NCBI GenBank assembly: GCA_003707115.1
Contig: PPNB01000001.1
Coordinates: 248,001-312,000 of the forward strand
Length of the DNA: 64,000 bases
Source of the DNA: Tortispora ganteri
Taxonomy: Eukaryota
Direction of reading: 5' to 3'
In this document: positions 63,101 through 64,000 of the stretch, in pieces
Position numbering within the stretch: position 1 is the first letter of the stretch
Layout: the number at the start of each line of letters is the position of its first letter
Notes under the pieces: model-generated
Told to the model about the DNA's origin: nothing
Database searches by the model: none
Seen by the model: the letters and a program-made list of their open reading frames with translations, nothing else
Position numbers and translations under genes: made by a program

Positions 63101-64000
63101 AGATGTGTACATTCTGAACCACGATACTAAGAGAACTTAGCAGCTTTGATTCAAATATTCCTCTGAGTCTATCAAAAAGACCAGAGTTTTGCTGCATATG
63201 GTGTAGGAATTTAAGCGAAAAGCGTAGAAGGGTCAAACCACTTATGTTGAGAGCAGGATCAATTGAAGGATATTTAATCTTAAGCTGGATTTCAGAAGCC
63301 TGCTCCATTGACTGGGTGACCTCACGGTGGATTATATCCACCAACACCTGCAGCCCGCTACATTCATAAAATGCGTCAAATGCAGCAGGAACATAAGATA
63401 TAAGGTTATCAAGAACAGTGATAACAGAATAAACTGTAGCAGTCATCGAAGAGTGAGTGTTCATGATGCTAGTCAGCACAGGTACTAAGCCTGAACTAAC
63501 TAATAAGTGTCCAGGACTATGGGTGGCAAGGACACTTGTCAAGGAACAGTACCCTATATGAAGCGCTTGATTCTCTGATACTCCATCAGTAACTTCGCGG
63601 AGAATTCTGCGAAATATATATACTAATGTTCCATGATTAACATTGGCTCTGAATGCTCCAAATATTTCAGATATCATTTGAGGATAGAGCGTTATAGCCT
63701 CAAGAGCTTCAAGGGCGGCCAGTCGTAAATTCCGAGCAACATTTTGGTCAGGGTGAGCAACCAACGCAAGGTCTTTTATCAACATAGGCTGTGGATTCAA
63801 TATCCTAGTCTCAAAATTGTGAAGATACGAAGTCAACGCAAGAAAGCTGATCGCCAAGAACTTGCAAGTCAATAGTTTAGAACGTAGCTCAGCAGAATCG
63901 ATAGAATTGAAACATGATTTAGCTACCAAGATACTAATAAAAGCTTCTTTCGGGTCATAATTTTCAAGTTGAGAAGAAGCAAGGTATTTTAAAATATCAG
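54120..64000 (-). CDS. TOM1: HECT E3 ubiquitin ligase Tom1/HUWE1 (5'-truncated by the window)
   Basis: HECT motifs GEEGVDAGGVTREWF and LPSAHTCFNQLDLP, terminal EGFGFA, and DPTF..LPE UBM-like repeats. The frame stays open to 64000. Confidence 0.95.
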   Translation of the reverse strand, partial: DILKYLASSQLENYDPKEAFISILVAKSCFNSIDSAELRSKLLTCKFLAISFLALTSYLHNFETRILNPQPMLIKDLALVAHPDQNVARNLRLAALEALEAITLYPQMISEIFGAFRANVNHGTLVYIFRRILREVTDGVSENQALHIGYCSLTSVLATHSPGHLLVSSGLVPVLTSIMNTHSSMTATVYSVITVLDNLISYVPAAFDAFYECSGLQVLVDIIHREVTQSMEQASEIQLKIKYPSIDPALNISGLTLLRFSLKFLHHMQQNSGLFDRLRGIFESKLLSSLSIVVQNVHIFGARIVTSAIGIITAFINNEPTSFFMLQELSFPLKFVDSLDDLVQPYPELLTSLFQITEAICLNNSGLEIVKSSDTFRKIFRLFQYTECCAEIIAHDYSNHLATICGELMRHQPELAGNICESFVSELEVLVDMLSNVSSDLEIVLGSEWNSSNRQLREVLTLKSPNVLRIECMVRFLDSMTATNEVFRNFDNVKIPHLLIRICSLECIPINFAISEVSSLIAHILVQFMSFMGPGIIIDGLKQFKSMLERFPLDLFEDKLDRGLECHELPFRASRFLLISPLNVMYSVFGKMFTYPALTRNIAMTKVVIFASEEFHSIIPLSGRIQRILTWADVRIASKLKLWEKAYTLELIDQLSSLDSPDALTELLASGPAICKPDDVSEIEQLKSSNFFPAIVVGRFYCQSIPAGVSFFLHTLLKSYTFSRAVTRGTRRMALLLGETVARLILDHMKFILDHNKLGPDLQFQLFSALMMLMHSLLMFSARPDLTCVQIYVILGILNLEGFHYFSDITMMCFNQLNLVSPEIHADRPRDESTESAITVMICIKMLMHLFNVFVSPKSVIDSPQSVVLVTRQNSVAEYRQFHPRKLSSILRTEVVRVIERLLEQFPLSEMDPAALSLIIDVWCATCDTYGEPSITSALSNFDPDDPYYILSHKCFRTSIPYKDLRRLAEEDGVDLTTLSLSVIYADDDMEHTETFLHKSIEQETVLLDPINDLALDYDFKPIILPNAFRTIMAWRLSLFEKFPSIFWYLIQNHKFDSRFIYSISRLLLVVFGTADYSQGDLPRKVGANSNFKSPVFEDILNSMLMDIDLEKSSDDLVVSVCYLLGLVMEATHLSKVVSIYITKHPEVVHSLINRLKVVQQQFLPFILLFVESLAVRERIFVINAFGELSSEDKRDKRSLFLSSEATDSLLEFFSSISSFDSPLVVNSIARILNLAALNYETALKIQNSGIVGTLLSSLTSFPADAQCGLKLSLACLSREIVESPAILGSIFSNEIINTMKTQRVRHIDLDYLVRSNIGMVFRDHEIFYKCLVDVCRFAPKSKESQLKSLVLRESIDSEGNEEGNKTESKDLKEQKHADQVVNESSAGDSSAYGLAKPSADDVHCGIVRLLLLELFAQKDDNPADGSKFTRDSFPSYCYKCYILQVLSELLFSYTSCKMEFIFFSRKGTAATATTSSTPSKPRVAILNQFLNLIVETSLPASTESSTSNVRSNMNSHLSALYLQVIYALLSDIRNPSENDKSCLLYLRRLVLDLVLRNLRDLPNMTPVSSMHYRLLVLADVSVRLLAVKPTSGKFGEIAFLGGSMKSNSLEIAKLMYERNFTNEFACSIADLDPRLPFYRRVSKSVLKFIHTLSTIASDNAQEFAGLPSSEPADEDAISIASSISYDSYEDAQDEQGMPDDASDILRNSTLGMYQPVTSDNEDATEDYEIYEDQEEMDESDSGMVGSSEDGYSGSYESEESGLSDMSDDLGSHSHSDAMDVEIIVESHDADEDDEDGVDIDDVDIDDDSHSMSNPVLHEFYDFSDEAFNELSGSENTLDSAELLYNQGMDNSGEDEAAQNYELVFDDEFAINDDLHHNYADIPDFIDRFERSEARMIGSRVDGSALEGHDMVSDDDLEENSETDDEDNHVSNIFGSLLSHEESQSLLDDLGLSNTNSSRRRHRPFHTTIISTGNVIHRDIFNSRDGRLFRTSGHIRSSAFGSGGLLRSRGANFLRNPVANPPSTPEDFLAFLSNASWNNSSLEVFARWMRALDFNDASTTMACNDALAFVWNYLYVNTSGVNGSQLPLAQSFDGIASPWEDFIEHEQKKNDPVLPILDFEMAASAARYKCLLNIFAPFLHSENIGSEIVELADNFLSGIYNEEHGCDDPHVGDSKASSSVGEIADVESTFPTEENEAEGPSNASEASDGLYIEHDSHNDASDTDEEDHPLEIVDEYHDASALVDSSTAVDENGSSADSSTRLVTIGSRQIDVSRFGIDPTFMEELPEDMREEVLANHIQELQAGSSLPNEPLDPTFLEALPENVRHEVQPLFGLSSTSAEIGSNAATSNLLEHESGTLRSEPAHNLFDLLLNDNPDLVLPGPISGFADDHTTRRNEVTLSRPSRIIASTGGSIRDNNDEELRTTEALDVNEMGGGLSTKKNLAKIRILDVYGVNSLLSLLFFPQSEQQQWVLCKVLFYAVLDRRSRHQVLNGILAILCEACQSTSTLKRYFQYLLSKTSPASSKPVTMFAARVNVIVSENETALFQDTSPLIVARRCLEILVYLTKVQKRTTLYFLSDIDLHSIGKRMKVFRNQTGSPFNDLYTPLSLLFSLLDSDELRKDPLVMENMVVFLRSVTGTLSVISRKRRMPSKSLREDKDSLNKEVGKSASHNDNPDSSSPGIPLHILSSLLNLLVSNDCSGVAFLHTLGILRNLSTLGDKEISSLFESKLIEFAYDLKNQLEPELESLSQMISSAESVSDLLGDALADFSSPNSNQARFLRVLTAFDYICATNVKGSPSMFPTKMMKEVLGFEHMWYVLNQCLSYFQEHSGMIHIATILLPMIESFLIICKQAFAYGKSEMTENDNYTLTATNRFFEFSEKNRRILNLLIRNNPKLMSGSFAVLIKNAKVLDFDNKRTYFTKTLRSKTNPSRNRTIAVNVRRDQVFLDSYKALYFKTAEEIKNSKFAVKFNGEEGVDAGGVTREWFQVLSRQMFNPDYALFIPVASDRTTFHPNRLSGVNPEHLSFFKFIGRMIGKATFEERVLDCHFSRAVYKRILGRPVSLKDMENLDLEYFKSLEWILNNDITDIISETFSLVTDDYGDQQIIDLVPDGRNIAVTESNKAEYVKLVVEYRLVNSVKDQLDSFIDGFYDMIPRDLVAIFDEQELELLISGLPDIDVDDWRNNTEYHNYSISSPQIQWFWKMVRSFDPEERAKLLQFVTGTSKVPLNGFKELEGMNGVSKFSIHRAFGGDDRLPSAHTCFNQLDLPEYKSYESLKSNVLLAITEGREGFGFA

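Overview
Gene-dense, intron-poor eukaryotic DNA from a budding yeast using the standard code (CTG sits at conserved Leu positions in the Snf2-family ATPase). The gene set (complex I subunit, UCH37, CASTOR-like, F-box/JmjC) and the compaction suggest a lineage distant from Saccharomyces, possibly Wickerhamiella-like; this is inference. About 37 protein genes, mostly housekeeping (AIM25, UCH37, YPQ, SEC65, SGT1, TGL1, SPT8, RSM23, CNE1, VMA9, MDE1, ZAP1, VPS26, TRM8, NSP1, RRP7, TIF1, MSW1, RSM10, YPK9, STH1, TOM1). I found one clear intron (VMA9) and three convergent CDS overlaps, and recognised no tRNA, rRNA, transposon or CRISPR. Four leads stand out. (1) An orphan 122-aa secreted preproprotein with two NRR Kex2-type sites and a terminal CaaX, behind a cluster of Mcm1 boxes. 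(2) A possible two-state RNA switch plus uORF that can sequester the start codon of the PQ-loop cationic amino-acid transporter, about 3 kb from a CASTOR-like gene carrying a Gcn4 site. (3) An alpha/beta-hydrolase plus MptpB-type phosphatase fusion. (4) A mitochondrial-type TrpRS with no presequence. All family calls come from motif recognition by eye; no searches were run.
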